A stretch of 64,000 nucleotides of DNA from Candidatus Bathyarchaeota archaeon (lineage in GTDB: Archaea; Thermoproteota; Bathyarchaeia; 40CM-2-53-6), in the NCBI GenBank assembly GCA_963733055.1, contig CAVTBR010000001.1, positions 1,056,001 to 1,120,000 on the forward strand, read 5' to 3'. The notes below the pieces were generated by a model. That model was given only the letters and a program-made list of their open reading frames with translations. It ran no database searches and was not told the origin of the DNA. The position numbers and the translations under genes are program-made. Shown here piece by piece: positions 49,087 through 58,236 of this stretch. How positions within the stretch are numbered: the first letter of the stretch is position 1; every line of letters starts with the position of its first letter.

Positions 49087-50711
49087 TACTTGTTTACGAT
49101 CCAGCGTGATTGTTCGCGCATGAATTGTGGCACGTAGTTTGGACCCAACCCACTCTTGCCTGTCGAGCCGCTGCCCTTCCAGCCTCCGAATGAGTTGATG
49201 CCAGGCCAGGCTCCGGTGGTAGCTCCCGCACGCCTATTCGCGTACGTAACGCCGGCTTCGACGTGGTCGAAGAAAGTTGCAAGCTCCTTTCTGTCCTTGC
49301 TATAGATGCCCGCACATAACCCATATTCTGAATCATTTGCCAACTCCAACGCCTCATCGAGGGAACCCACCCCACCGATCACAAGGAATGGAACGAATAA
49401 CTCGTCTCTGAAGAGACGATGGGTTAGGGGAAGGTTGTCAACGATCGCGGGCTCGACGAAATATCCATTCTCGAACCCATCCCGTTTTACTTGGTTGCCC
49501 CCGGACAGGAAATTTCCCTTACCATTTCTCGCTTCCTCAGCCGCCTGCAGGTAAGTTTCCACCGCGCCTTTGTTGATGAGCGGGCCGAGGAACGTTTCCT
49601 TCTTGATCGGGTCGCCTAATCTCACGAGTTTCTCAGTGTAATTCTTCAATGAGGCCGTTAACTTGTCCTTGACCGATTGCTCCACGTAGACGCGGGAGCA
49701 GGCGCTGCATTTTTGTCCTCCGAACCCGAACGCTGCGCGGACGATTCCTTCCGCGGCTTGGTCGATGTCGGCTTCGCTGGTGACTATTGCTGGGTTTTTG
49801 CCGCCCATCTCGGTTATGACGGGTTTGGGGTAGTCTTTCGCGAAGTGATGGTATAACCCGATTCCAACGTCCTTGGAGCCGGTGAAAATCATCCCATCCA
49901 CATCCCTGTTCTCTTGCAGCTCAGCGCCGACAGTTCCGCCCGGGCCGGTGACAAAGTTGAAGACACCTCGCGGAATTCCGGCGTCGACGTAGGCTCGGGT
50001 CAGCTCGTGGCCGAGTACGGAGGATTCGCTTGAAGGCTTGAAGACCACAGTATTCCCCGCTGTCATAGCGCCCGCGGTCATGCCCGTAGACAACGCGAGG
50101 GGGAAGTTCCACGGAGCGATTACCGCCCAAACCCCGTAGGGTCTAAGAACGCTCACCGTCTCCTGTCCGGGGCCGGGGGATTCGAGTGGTTTCACGTAAC
50201 CCCTGTTCAGGTCCATTTGATCGCAATAGTACCGTATCAGTTCCGCAGCCTCGTTCACCTCTGCCAATGATTCGGCTCGGTTCTTGCCGACCTCAAACGC
50301 CATCCACGCCGACAACTCATAACGCCTCGCGACAATGATGTCCGCAGCCTTACGCAGAATTTTCAAACGTTCTTTGTATGGCGTCTCGCTCCATTTCGTG
50401 TAAGCCTCCTGTGCCGCATCTATCGCCGCATTCGCGTCGTCGCGTGTGCCCTTCGGGAAATGACTCACCGTAATGCCTGTGTTGATGGGGCTTTGGTGGG
50501 GGATCTCTTCCCCTGTTCCGACCCATTTTTCGCCGTTAACGTACATCGCGAAATGTCCGCCAAGCTCCGCCCGCACTTTTTCAACGGCGTGATCGTACGC
50601 CCTGTCGTCGTCGGGTGTGATCTTCATCGTAGCGTAGGTAATTCGCAGTACCTTACCCTTTTTCGGGGAAGTTTTCGTCGGTTTCTTCCTAACTTTCTTT
50701 GAAGAAGGCAT
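49086..50711 (-). CDS. Aldehyde dehydrogenase, P5C dehydrogenase (RocA/PruA)-like
   Basis: APWNFP, FTGS, TEMGGKN, GQKCSACSR, ELF.P, FGGWKGSG. Confidence 0.9.
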   Translation of the reverse strand: MPSSKKVRKKPTKTSPKKGKVLRITYATMKITPDDDRAYDHAVEKVRAELGGHFAMYVNGEKWVGTGEEIPHQSPINTGITVSHFPKGTRDDANAAIDAAQEAYTKWSETPYKERLKILRKAADIIVARRYELSAWMAFEVGKNRAESLAEVNEAAELIRYYCDQMDLNRGYVKPLESPGPGQETVSVLRPYGVWAVIAPWNFPLALSTGMTAGAMTAGNTVVFKPSSESSVLGHELTRAYVDAGIPRGVFNFVTGPGGTVGAELQENRDVDGMIFTGSKDVGIGLYHHFAKDYPKPVITEMGGKNPAIVTSEADIDQAAEGIVRAAFGFGGQKCSACSRVYVEQSVKDKLTASLKNYTEKLVRLGDPIKKETFLGPLINKGAVETYLQAAEEARNGKGNFLSGGNQVKRDGFENGYFVEPAIVDNLPLTHRLFRDELFVPFLVIGGVGSLDEALELANDSEYGLCAGIYSKDRKELATFFDHVEAGVTYANRRAGATTGAWPGINSFGGWKGSGSTGKSGLGPNYVPQFMREQSRWIVNK

Positions 50712-51275
50712 AGGAAACTTCTCTACTCCGCGCCGTGTTTCCACGCGGGTATTTAGGATTACGCACAAATTTCGACGTGGACGAGTGAAACAGCCCTCGT
50801 CAAAATGCCTGCCGACGGATCGGGTTCAAATCGAACGGTACTGCGTGTGGCTTGGCGCCTTGACGGAAAATTCTGGTGTGGTTAGACGATGAATCGGAGT
50901 AGTCGAATTAGCGACATGTAGTCTCCGGTCGCGAAGAAGACTATCGCCATGAGGAGTGGAAGGTGTTTTCGCCATCTTCCAACTGCGTCCGTAGTCATAG
51001 CCATCAACATGATTCTAGGCGGGGTGGTAAACAAGAGTGAGTGCAAACAACCAACGCAAAACCCAACCCAGCCAGAAGTCATAACGGGTAGGATCGTTTG
51101 CATGGGTTTGCTTGGGGACCCGCGAATACATGCCAATTGAAACCTCCGAGATCCTCCTCCTTTTCTGGGATTGCACGTGACACAAGATTGAGTCAAGAAA
51201 TAGCCCTTGGCGGATCAATGTTGCATATGTGTGAGTACATGCGGTTGCGCACTCGGGGTACCAGGTAGGAAGGTA

Positions 51276-51314
51276 GGGTGTGCCACACCCCCTCTGAAAG
51301 GGTGGGCCACACCC
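51276..51314. repeat. Tandem pair of 15-bp palindromes
   Basis: GGGTGTGCCACACCC (51276-51290) and GGGTGGGCCACACCC (51300-51314). Confidence 0.7.
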
Positions 51315-51497
51315 GGGAATAGTAAACAGCAGACTTGACTTAAGCGAGCCCTGGGATTGTTTACGCGGTTAAAATAGTTCTAAGTGACGGCGCAATTTTC
51401 GCGCCTTCAGCAGTCGCCGGACAAGTCACCGGCGAGACAGGCGTACCCTAACTAGTCATAGGCCGCGATTCAATTCTTGCGATGGCTGCAGGAGTGT

Positions 51498-52076
51498 CTA
51501 TGACTTGACCGCTTCAACTCGCCTAACGATTTCTTCAAGCATGCCTTTAACACCCGCGGCCTCCGCCCTCTTCCACAAATATTTCTGATCGAGCTTTCCT
51601 TCTTGTCTGGCTAAGACCGAAGCAGCATCTCCCTCATCCTGAGCGCGCCTATCTGATCGAGCTAGTTTGTTCACGATGAAATCCTCAGGGCCAATCACGA
51701 ACACTTGAAAGGTAGGATCATCCTCGAAAGGACACACTTTCCAGCGTCTACCCAAGAGTCCTCGGTCAAAGGATACGCCGTCGGGCTTGGTCCAAATCTC
51801 GACCTCTACCATTCTCTCAAGGTCCGTCACAACAAATACAGGAGCGTCCGGATGAGGGGGAGACGCCAATTGAAAGCCCGTCTTTTGAAGTTCGGCCTGA
51901 AACTTTAACGAGGAGTTGAAGTTTGCGGCTATTGCCAAATCAACGTCCTGCGTCGCCCTGATCTGACCGTAGGCGGGAAGCGCGAGACCGCCAATTAGCA
52001 TGTAGGGAATGGATTGGCTATCGAGCAGCTGTATTACGTTGCGCAGCGTTAGAGATATTCCTCGCAAGTTCGACAA
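51498..52076 (-). CDS. Nucleotidyltransferase-family protein (AbiEii/MNT-like)
   Basis: YMLIGGLA...GQIRATQDVDL, EDFIVNKL...R.QD..D. Confidence 0.8.
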   Translation of the reverse strand: MSNLRGISLTLRNVIQLLDSQSIPYMLIGGLALPAYGQIRATQDVDLAIAANFNSSLKFQAELQKTGFQLASPPHPDAPVFVVTDLERMVEVEIWTKPDGVSFDRGLLGRRWKVCPFEDDPTFQVFVIGPEDFIVNKLARSDRRAQDEGDAASVLARQEGKLDQKYLWKRAEAAGVKGMLEEIVRRVEAVKS

Positions 52077-52428
52077 TCTCGTTGAATCGGGTGTATGGAG
52101 ATATACCTGACTCTTCAAGTCGTTTCGCTAGTTCGGCTTGGTGAACGGCCGCCCTGATGTCGCTCAAATTGCTTCGCAGCTGCAATTTCATCAGCCGTTT
52201 ATACCCTTGAATGAAGTGTTCGCCAAGAGTCGTGGTCTCCATGATGCATTGAGGGCGCCCTCGTCTCTGTTTTTGTTCACGTCGCGTCAGTAACCCACCC
52301 ATCTCTAGTTCCTTAAACAGATCTAGCAAGTCTTCGTGGCTTCCCTCGATCTTGCTTACGAGCTGTGAGACTGAAGACGGATATTTCATGCATGTTGAAA
52401 GGATTTTGGCAGCTCGATCGGTCTGCAG
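52018..52428 (-). CDS. Winged-helix regulator/antitoxin paired with the NTase (probable CTG start)
   Basis: LFKELEMGGLLTRR...RGRP...TTLGE; in-frame extension QTDRAAKILSTC after GGAGG. Confidence 0.7.
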   Translation of the reverse strand: MQTDRAAKILSTCMKYPSSVSQLVSKIEGSHEDLLDLFKELEMGGLLTRREQKQRRGRPQCIMETTTLGEHFIQGYKRLMKLQLRSNLSDIRAAVHQAELAKRLEESGISPYTRFNEIVELARNISNAAQRNTAAR

Positions 52429-52448
52429 CTCTCACAGCCTCCAACACT

Positions 52449-52461
52449 TTATTCTGAATAA
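52449..52461. promoter_or_regulatory. Putative autoregulatory operator of the wHTH-NTase pair
   Basis: Perfect palindrome TTATTC-T-GAATAA between an AT-rich TATA-like box and the SD. Confidence 0.45.
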
Positions 52462-52765
52462 GGAATTAATTAACTATGTGCTCAAATTTGTTTGAACGGT
52501 TAGCGGTTCCATGACGCAGGTTTAGATTATCCACAACGAGTGGACCAGTCTGGCTTTGACGTTGGTTTCGTAAATTCTAGCATTTCGTGTTGGGATAGGG
52601 TGGGTTTGGGTGTCAACGGGCTGAGGAAACTAAGGGGACACAGCAAAGTTGCGCACGTATCCCTTTGTTGTGAGTTCCACTTTGTGGAACTACCTCGCAG
52701 AATGTGAATGATTCTACTTACCGCTATAGTCGTTTCCATACTTTACGCGGCTTAGTGGAGCTTCA

Positions 52766-53515
52766 ATGAGAACCGCCATGTTTGTAGCCCTAATCCTACT
52801 ATCCCCCGTAACCCTACTTCTTCCGTTCTCGAATTCTGCGCCCGTTGCAACGACCTACGTAACATCGGAACGAACAGCTACCGTCACTTACACCTCGACC
52901 GCTTTCGAGACGACTGTCGACTCAACGACTGGAACCGTGATGCTTCAGTCACCACTGAGCATCCCTCCACAGGTAGTAGGGTTCATGACCCCAAAAGGCA
53001 GGTGCAGTCAGGACATTATTCCTCTGAACGTAAACGTTGGATCGAACCTTAACCTAGAATTAACATCCACTAACCCCGCAAACCTCTACCTGCTTTCAAC
53101 AGCCCAATACCAAACTTCCCCCAACGGATGCGACCTAATCGGCAGCTCCCTGTTAGCTGAGAACAATTTCACCTCCTACACTCTAAAGTGGAGCGCGACT
53201 GAGGATAGCGAGGTGTACCTCTTGCTGACTGGGCCAAATACGATAATCATGCTGAGGAATCACGGAAGCATAGAATCTTTGAAACAACTCGCAACGGTAA
53301 CCCGCACGAGTACAGAAGCAAACCTCAACGTCTATTCGTTAACAAAAGTTGCAAACTATACAACATCCACGACAAGCGCCTCTCAGCCTTACCTTCCACC
53401 CTTGTTAGGTTCGAAAGTATCATTCGTCGCATTCCTCCTCGCACTTCTAGGCCCCCTCGTCCTACTCTCATCCACCAAGAGGCTTGCGAAGCTGAAAGGT
53501 CACGAAGCAAGTTGA
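52766..53515 (+). CDS. Secreted/membrane-anchored Thr-rich protein with beta-sandwich domain
   Basis: Signal peptide, Thr-rich stalks, Cys pair, C-terminal TM. Confidence 0.65.
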   Translation: MRTAMFVALILLSPVTLLLPFSNSAPVATTYVTSERTATVTYTSTAFETTVDSTTGTVMLQSPLSIPPQVVGFMTPKGRCSQDIIPLNVNVGSNLNLELTSTNPANLYLLSTAQYQTSPNGCDLIGSSLLAENNFTSYTLKWSATEDSEVYLLLTGPNTIIMLRNHGSIESLKQLATVTRTSTEANLNVYSLTKVANYTTSTTSASQPYLPPLLGSKVSFVAFLLALLGPLVLLSSTKRLAKLKGHEAS

Positions 53516-53705
53516 CAGGATGTGTGTGGGCCTAGTGATGCGCACCGCCCCCAAAAAACAAACAAACTAAGAACCGGTTCAAATTTGGACGGTCGAAATA
53601 TTAGAAATCGAATGTTTCTAACCTCATCGAGTCAGGAGTGGCTATTAGCACAATGAGGGTAACAAGTAAATACTCCTCGGCTTCCCGATTAGGGTCGGTG
53701 TTTTT

Positions 53706-53909
53706 GTGGATAAGGCAATCGTCTCGGCAGGGATTTTCTTATTTCTCGCTGGCCTAACCGGATTGATTTACGGTGTGGGCGTAAACCTTCAAGGAATGCT
53801 AGCTAGAGGTGCGTCTGATTACTCATTCATTAGCGCTTACATAACTCAATGGACGCTTGTCCTGCTCGCAGGAGTGACATTGATCGTAGCAGGAAGCAAA
53901 AGGAAATAG
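53706..53909 (+). CDS. Small two-TM membrane protein
   Basis: Two hydrophobic helices and KRK tail. Confidence 0.55.
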   Translation: MDKAIVSAGIFLFLAGLTGLIYGVGVNLQGMLARGASDYSFISAYITQWTLVLLAGVTLIVAGSKRK

Positions 53910-54107
53910 AACTTTCTCACTAGGGCGCACTTCTTTTAGTGATCCTGTGTCTCAGTAGCGACCGAGGACGTCGAGTGCATAGCCAATAAACGTGGTCTGT
54001 ACACGTTTTCTTAATTCACTTTAATGATGAGATCCTAGACACCAGGGTGCCTTTAGGCGAGGTACGCACCTTTTATTATGCCCACTAGTTGCTATGAAAA
54101 ACTGATC

Positions 54108-54549
54108 GTGGTCGAAGCCTACGCAACTAAAACCTCAAGAGATCTTCGATAAATACCCTGAAGTCAGATGGGCAGCTCTAATCACCGGTAAGGGAAATGT
54201 GCTTTTCTCCGTCATGAGACAAGGCTTGCAGTCACTCGTACCCGAGAATGAAATTACAGGTTTCATGGAAGCGAACAGATCAAGATCCATTCTCAAGGCA
54301 GCCGAGGGCCTAAGCAAGTGGGCTGGTAAGGTAGAAGGCGCCCTAGTCCGATATGAGAAAGTTTTCCTGTACGTGATTCAACTTCAAGCCGATGTCCTAG
54401 TATTGAGCATTGACAGAGGAACGCCCTTCGAGCGGATAGCACAAATCGCAGGAATCCGTACTCCATCACCTGCAAATAGCGTAGGTGTTCCATCACCCGA
54501 CGATTTGTGGTTAGGTCCGTTAGCGAATCTGTCAACAAGAAATGTTTAG
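54108..54549 (+). CDS. DUF6659/roadblock(profilin)-like protein; start apparently offset by 1 nt
   Basis: In-frame upstream QEIFDKYPEVRWAALITGKGNVLFSVMRQG...ALVRYEK; GTG at 54108 is out of frame. Confidence 0.55.
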
Positions 54550-54708
54550 AATATCGTGAATTGTCGAACTAAATCGGGGGTTTTCAAATTGCCAGGTTGT
54601 AACTCGGGGAAGGATGCTTGAGTCACACTGGTAATAATTGCGTGGCCGCGTTTCTGATGGGGACAGGAATAAGTGGGCCTGACATGATTACGGGCGCGGA
54701 GGGATTGT

Positions 54709-54876
54709 TTGACTATCCAGGAATTGGAGGCTAAACCCGTCCTCTGCCCGCCCTGTTTGAAACAGGAGGAAGCTCTGAGAAAGCTCTGGTCTCAGATCCA
54801 AGACCGTCCCCATCCTACGGTCTTCAATTGGCACTGTGCTATTTGCGGCCAGGAACGCAAGTTGGTCCTAGACTGA
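54709..54876 (+). CDS. 55-aa CxxC-CxxC mini-protein (not in ORF track)
   Basis: GGAGGG SD then TTG; MTIQELEAKPVLCPPCLKQEEALRKLWSQIQDRPHPTVFNWHCAICGQERKLVLD. Confidence 0.6.
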   Translation: MTIQELEAKPVLCPPCLKQEEALRKLWSQIQDRPHPTVFNWHCAICGQERKLVLD

Positions 54877-54924
54877 GAGCGGTTTGTTCTCTCCATTTGC
54901 TTAGGTCTGGTTGAAGAGCCTGAT

Positions 54925-56973
54925 CTAGGGCTTATGTTTTCTCCGCCTAGTCGAGATTGTCACGATTGCCCAGATCAGTATCCCTATGGGTATTAGTGCG
55001 CCTACGATGCCCGCGATGATCAGCTGTTGCGATATGACTCTCGAAGAAGGAATAACCTTGAGCGCATACGCGTCCATTGCCTGCCCCGCGTTCCCGTAGC
55101 GGTCAACGGCGTTGAAGGAGAACGTGAAGTTTCCCTGCTCGGGGGTCTGGAAGTACATGTGCCAGGTACTGTTGGTGGCATTGTATGCGAGCGGAAGAAA
55201 GAATGTGTACCCCGTAGAGTTTTGGTAGGAACCCGTAACGTTGCCTAAGCTAACGTTGCCGAAAGTGCTTCTTAGACCCGTTCCGTTTGGGTACGTAACA
55301 ATCACGGGAAGGTCTAGGTTGCTGAATGCGCTTAAAGTGGAATTGTTTGATTTGAGCAGAAACATGAACTGCGCGGGGATCAGCTGAGTCGTAGAGTTGA
55401 TGCTCCCCATGTTCCCATATTGATCCTGTTCCGACCAGGTAACGTTGTATGGGCCGAGTGTCGTGTTCTGGTCGAAGTAGTGGGACGCGGACCAGGTTAA
55501 GGTTGTTGAGTTGAAACTGAGGTTCGGTACAATAGTTTGGTTTCCATGCGAAATTACTAGAGTGAGTGTTTTGTTGATTGGGGTTCCGTCTGGATAGGAG
55601 ACTTTGGTTGTGACGTTCAGAGATGTTGTACGTTGAGTCGTTGGAGGCGTGTTCAATTGAAAAACGGGTACGGCCAGCAAGACTTGGAACGTGAATTTGC
55701 CAGATGCCCCGTTACCCCAGGGATCCCGCATGCTCCAAGTACCGGTCCAATTGCCGAGCGTCGCGTTGACGGGGATTTTGAAGGTGGCGACTGGACTGGT
55801 GCCATTCAGTGACATCGTAGTTTTTGTGTGCGTCCCGCCGGGTTGAGTGACGTTGACGGTTACTTGGGTGAGGTTTGCGACGTTTGCTCCGTTATGGTAG
55901 GTGGCCATGAACCCAATCGTGACGTTTTGTGTGCGCTGCCAGGAGGGCTGTGTTTGTATGGTTGGTTGAAGTTTCGCTAAGACTACGCCGAACCCGTTTG
56001 AGGCCACGGGGGAACCCGCACCGCTGTTTCCGTAAGGATCCGTTAGACCTGTTGGGTTGAGTTGGAAGTGGTATGTGGTAATGTTTGCGGATGGAGGCGG
56101 AACCCAGGAGGCTACCCATTCGCCGATCGTAGCGTTGAGAGGAGTCAAAGGTACGCTGATTAGTTTCTGGCCGCCTGAGAGGATATCAACCGTGCCGGTT
56201 ACGTTCGTAACGGCAGATGCGTCTGGGTAAGAGAGGATGTAGGTCGCGTTGACCTGGGCCGTTCTCTCGATTTGGAGCGGCAACGTGTTGTTTGATCTTA
56301 CGCTGATCGTTGCGGGTGCGATAATGAATTCGGAGCTAACAGTTGTAGCTTGGTGCTTGTCGAAGGTCAGCCCGGTTTCGGTTGCTTTGAAGGTTCCGTC
56401 AGGGGCGGATGGCGAGAGTTTGAAAGTGTACTTGTACTCTCCAGTGGCTCCAGCTGTAATGTTCATTGGGAATCCTGGAAAAGTCTTGTTCGCTCCCGCA
56501 ACCTCCAACGCGATTGAGGAATTGGCCGCGAAGCCCCCACCCGCAACTACTACCGTTCTCGTTCTCTCGTATGATTGCGAATCCGTTCCTGAAACCCCGA
56601 AGTGTACCGTGGCTTCTTTTGTATCTGTTATTGGAGAGGTCGATAGGGTGAGATCGTAGGTTCCCGGAGGGTCCGATGAGGCTATGGTCAACTGGACCGG
56701 GGGTACGGAGGCGCCGTTTACGGAGGTGAAATGAACACCCAAGGCGTAGGGTAGGAGTTGCGTTGGTTTTTCGAGCCAGAGGTAATAGGTGACATTTGTC
56801 GCGAGATTCTGAAAGGTAACCCTGACCGTCCCGCCAACCCCCCATATGGGATAAATGGCCTGATCCGTGGAGATTTGCCCAGACACGGCCTTAACATGCT
56901 GACCGCTCCCAAAGAGCATTGTAACATAGATGAATGCAACAAGGCAGGCCGAAATAGCTCTCATTTTCTTCAT
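54925..56973 (-). CDS. Large multi-Ig-domain surface glycoprotein with C-terminal TM anchor
   Basis: Signal peptide, repeated YPD/YPNG...DxYGN.G units, many sequons, TM plus RRRKHK. Confidence 0.8.
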   Translation of the reverse strand: MKKMRAISACLVAFIYVTMLFGSGQHVKAVSGQISTDQAIYPIWGVGGTVRVTFQNLATNVTYYLWLEKPTQLLPYALGVHFTSVNGASVPPVQLTIASSDPPGTYDLTLSTSPITDTKEATVHFGVSGTDSQSYERTRTVVVAGGGFAANSSIALEVAGANKTFPGFPMNITAGATGEYKYTFKLSPSAPDGTFKATETGLTFDKHQATTVSSEFIIAPATISVRSNNTLPLQIERTAQVNATYILSYPDASAVTNVTGTVDILSGGQKLISVPLTPLNATIGEWVASWVPPPSANITTYHFQLNPTGLTDPYGNSGAGSPVASNGFGVVLAKLQPTIQTQPSWQRTQNVTIGFMATYHNGANVANLTQVTVNVTQPGGTHTKTTMSLNGTSPVATFKIPVNATLGNWTGTWSMRDPWGNGASGKFTFQVLLAVPVFQLNTPPTTQRTTSLNVTTKVSYPDGTPINKTLTLVISHGNQTIVPNLSFNSTTLTWSASHYFDQNTTLGPYNVTWSEQDQYGNMGSINSTTQLIPAQFMFLLKSNNSTLSAFSNLDLPVIVTYPNGTGLRSTFGNVSLGNVTGSYQNSTGYTFFLPLAYNATNSTWHMYFQTPEQGNFTFSFNAVDRYGNAGQAMDAYALKVIPSSRVISQQLIIAGIVGALIPIGILIWAIVTISTRRRKHKP

Positions 56974-57037
56974 AGAGACGGCAACGTGCCCGGTGCGGTG
57001 ACGGATTACTTATATTTGCTGTGACTCACGCGATGCA

Positions 57038-58225
57038 ATGAGACGATCACGAGTGCCTTCTAGTGAGCCGGCCGTTGACCCTCTAGGCGACATAGAGGCA
57101 TTGACGCACGAGCTCGCTAGCCTTGAGGTTCAAATGAATTCTCGGAAGATAAGCAACCAAGAGTACGAGACTGCCTCAAAGCGGCTACGAGAGCGAATTT
57201 CCCAATCTGAAGCTATGGCGTATTCGATGGCGAAGACAAACGAATCGATCGCCGAAAAACTGAGAGGTAGGAATTACGGCCTTCCCGAAGTCCAACAGTT
57301 GTGCAATCATTTCATCTACGGTTCAAGAAGGGCGCTTGACCCTGAATTTGGTGCAGACCGTGTTCCCAAGTATTTTGTGGAAGCCGAAGGAGGAGCTAAA
57401 GCTCTCATGGACACCGCTCTTCTTGAGCGGATGGTCGACATTGGCATTCTGAAAGCCTCATTATTCGAGAAGATACTCGTTTGCCCGAAGTGCGGTACGC
57501 CCTCGAACGTTTTTGCGCGATTCAAATGTACGAATTGTGCCTCCATCGATATTGCGATTAACCGGATGCTTGAGCATCTTGCATGCGGAACTATCCATAA
57601 TGAGAAATCGTTTCGCGTCGGCCGTAGCATGATATGCCCGACGTGCAAGAAGTCGCTTCAGAAACCAGAGGAACAGCGGCTCATTGGGCTCGTCTGCACT
57701 TGTAACAAGTGCGGTGCCCACTTCGAGGATCCGGCGCAGAGTTTCTATTGCAGAAAATGCGAAACTGATTTCAACCTTCAAACAGGCATCATCACAGACA
57801 TCCAAGTTTACGATATGAACGAGAAGATAATTGGCGAGATTCGATCACAACTGGGTGTGCCCATAATCGCCGATATGCTCGAAAAGAATAATTTCCAACT
57901 GGACATCCCCGGACGACTTGCTGGAAAGGGAAGGAACGTTCAGTTCTCGATTGTTGCACGAAAGGATGCGTCTGTTGCAGCCATAGATTTGGCTTCGAGC
58001 GATTCCGAGATCTCCGTCGGACCCGTCCTGGAATTCTACGTGAAATTACTGGAGGCAAAGCCGAGCTTTGCTATTTTCGGAGCAATTCCGCGACTGTCGG
58101 AGCAGGCTAAAGATGTTGCCGAGACCAATAGAATATCTGTCGCGGAAGGCGCGACAGCCGAAATACTTGCACGGAATATTCTCGAGGTCTTCGGCGAAGG
58201 CGTGTTTCAAAAGGTGACCAAGTAG
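57038..58225 (+). CDS. TackOD1-type multi-Zn-ribbon protein with N-terminal coiled coil and C-terminal PD-(D/E)XK-like domain
   Basis: CPKC, CTNC, HLAC, CPTC, CNKC, CRKC (5 CxxC + HxxC); restriction-fold-like C-terminus. Confidence 0.75.
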   Translation: MRRSRVPSSEPAVDPLGDIEALTHELASLEVQMNSRKISNQEYETASKRLRERISQSEAMAYSMAKTNESIAEKLRGRNYGLPEVQQLCNHFIYGSRRALDPEFGADRVPKYFVEAEGGAKALMDTALLERMVDIGILKASLFEKILVCPKCGTPSNVFARFKCTNCASIDIAINRMLEHLACGTIHNEKSFRVGRSMICPTCKKSLQKPEEQRLIGLVCTCNKCGAHFEDPAQSFYCRKCETDFNLQTGIITDIQVYDMNEKIIGEIRSQLGVPIIADMLEKNNFQLDIPGRLAGKGRNVQFSIVARKDASVAAIDLASSDSEISVGPVLEFYVKLLEAKPSFAIFGAIPRLSEQAKDVAETNRISVAEGATAEILARNILEVFGEGVFQKVTK

Positions 58226-58236
58226 GAGGCATCAAG

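Noticed and set aside
50882-51218. Overlapping ORFs of 60-104 aa between the ALDH and NTase genes
   Set aside because: No recognisable motif, SD or consistent frame; coding status cannot be supported
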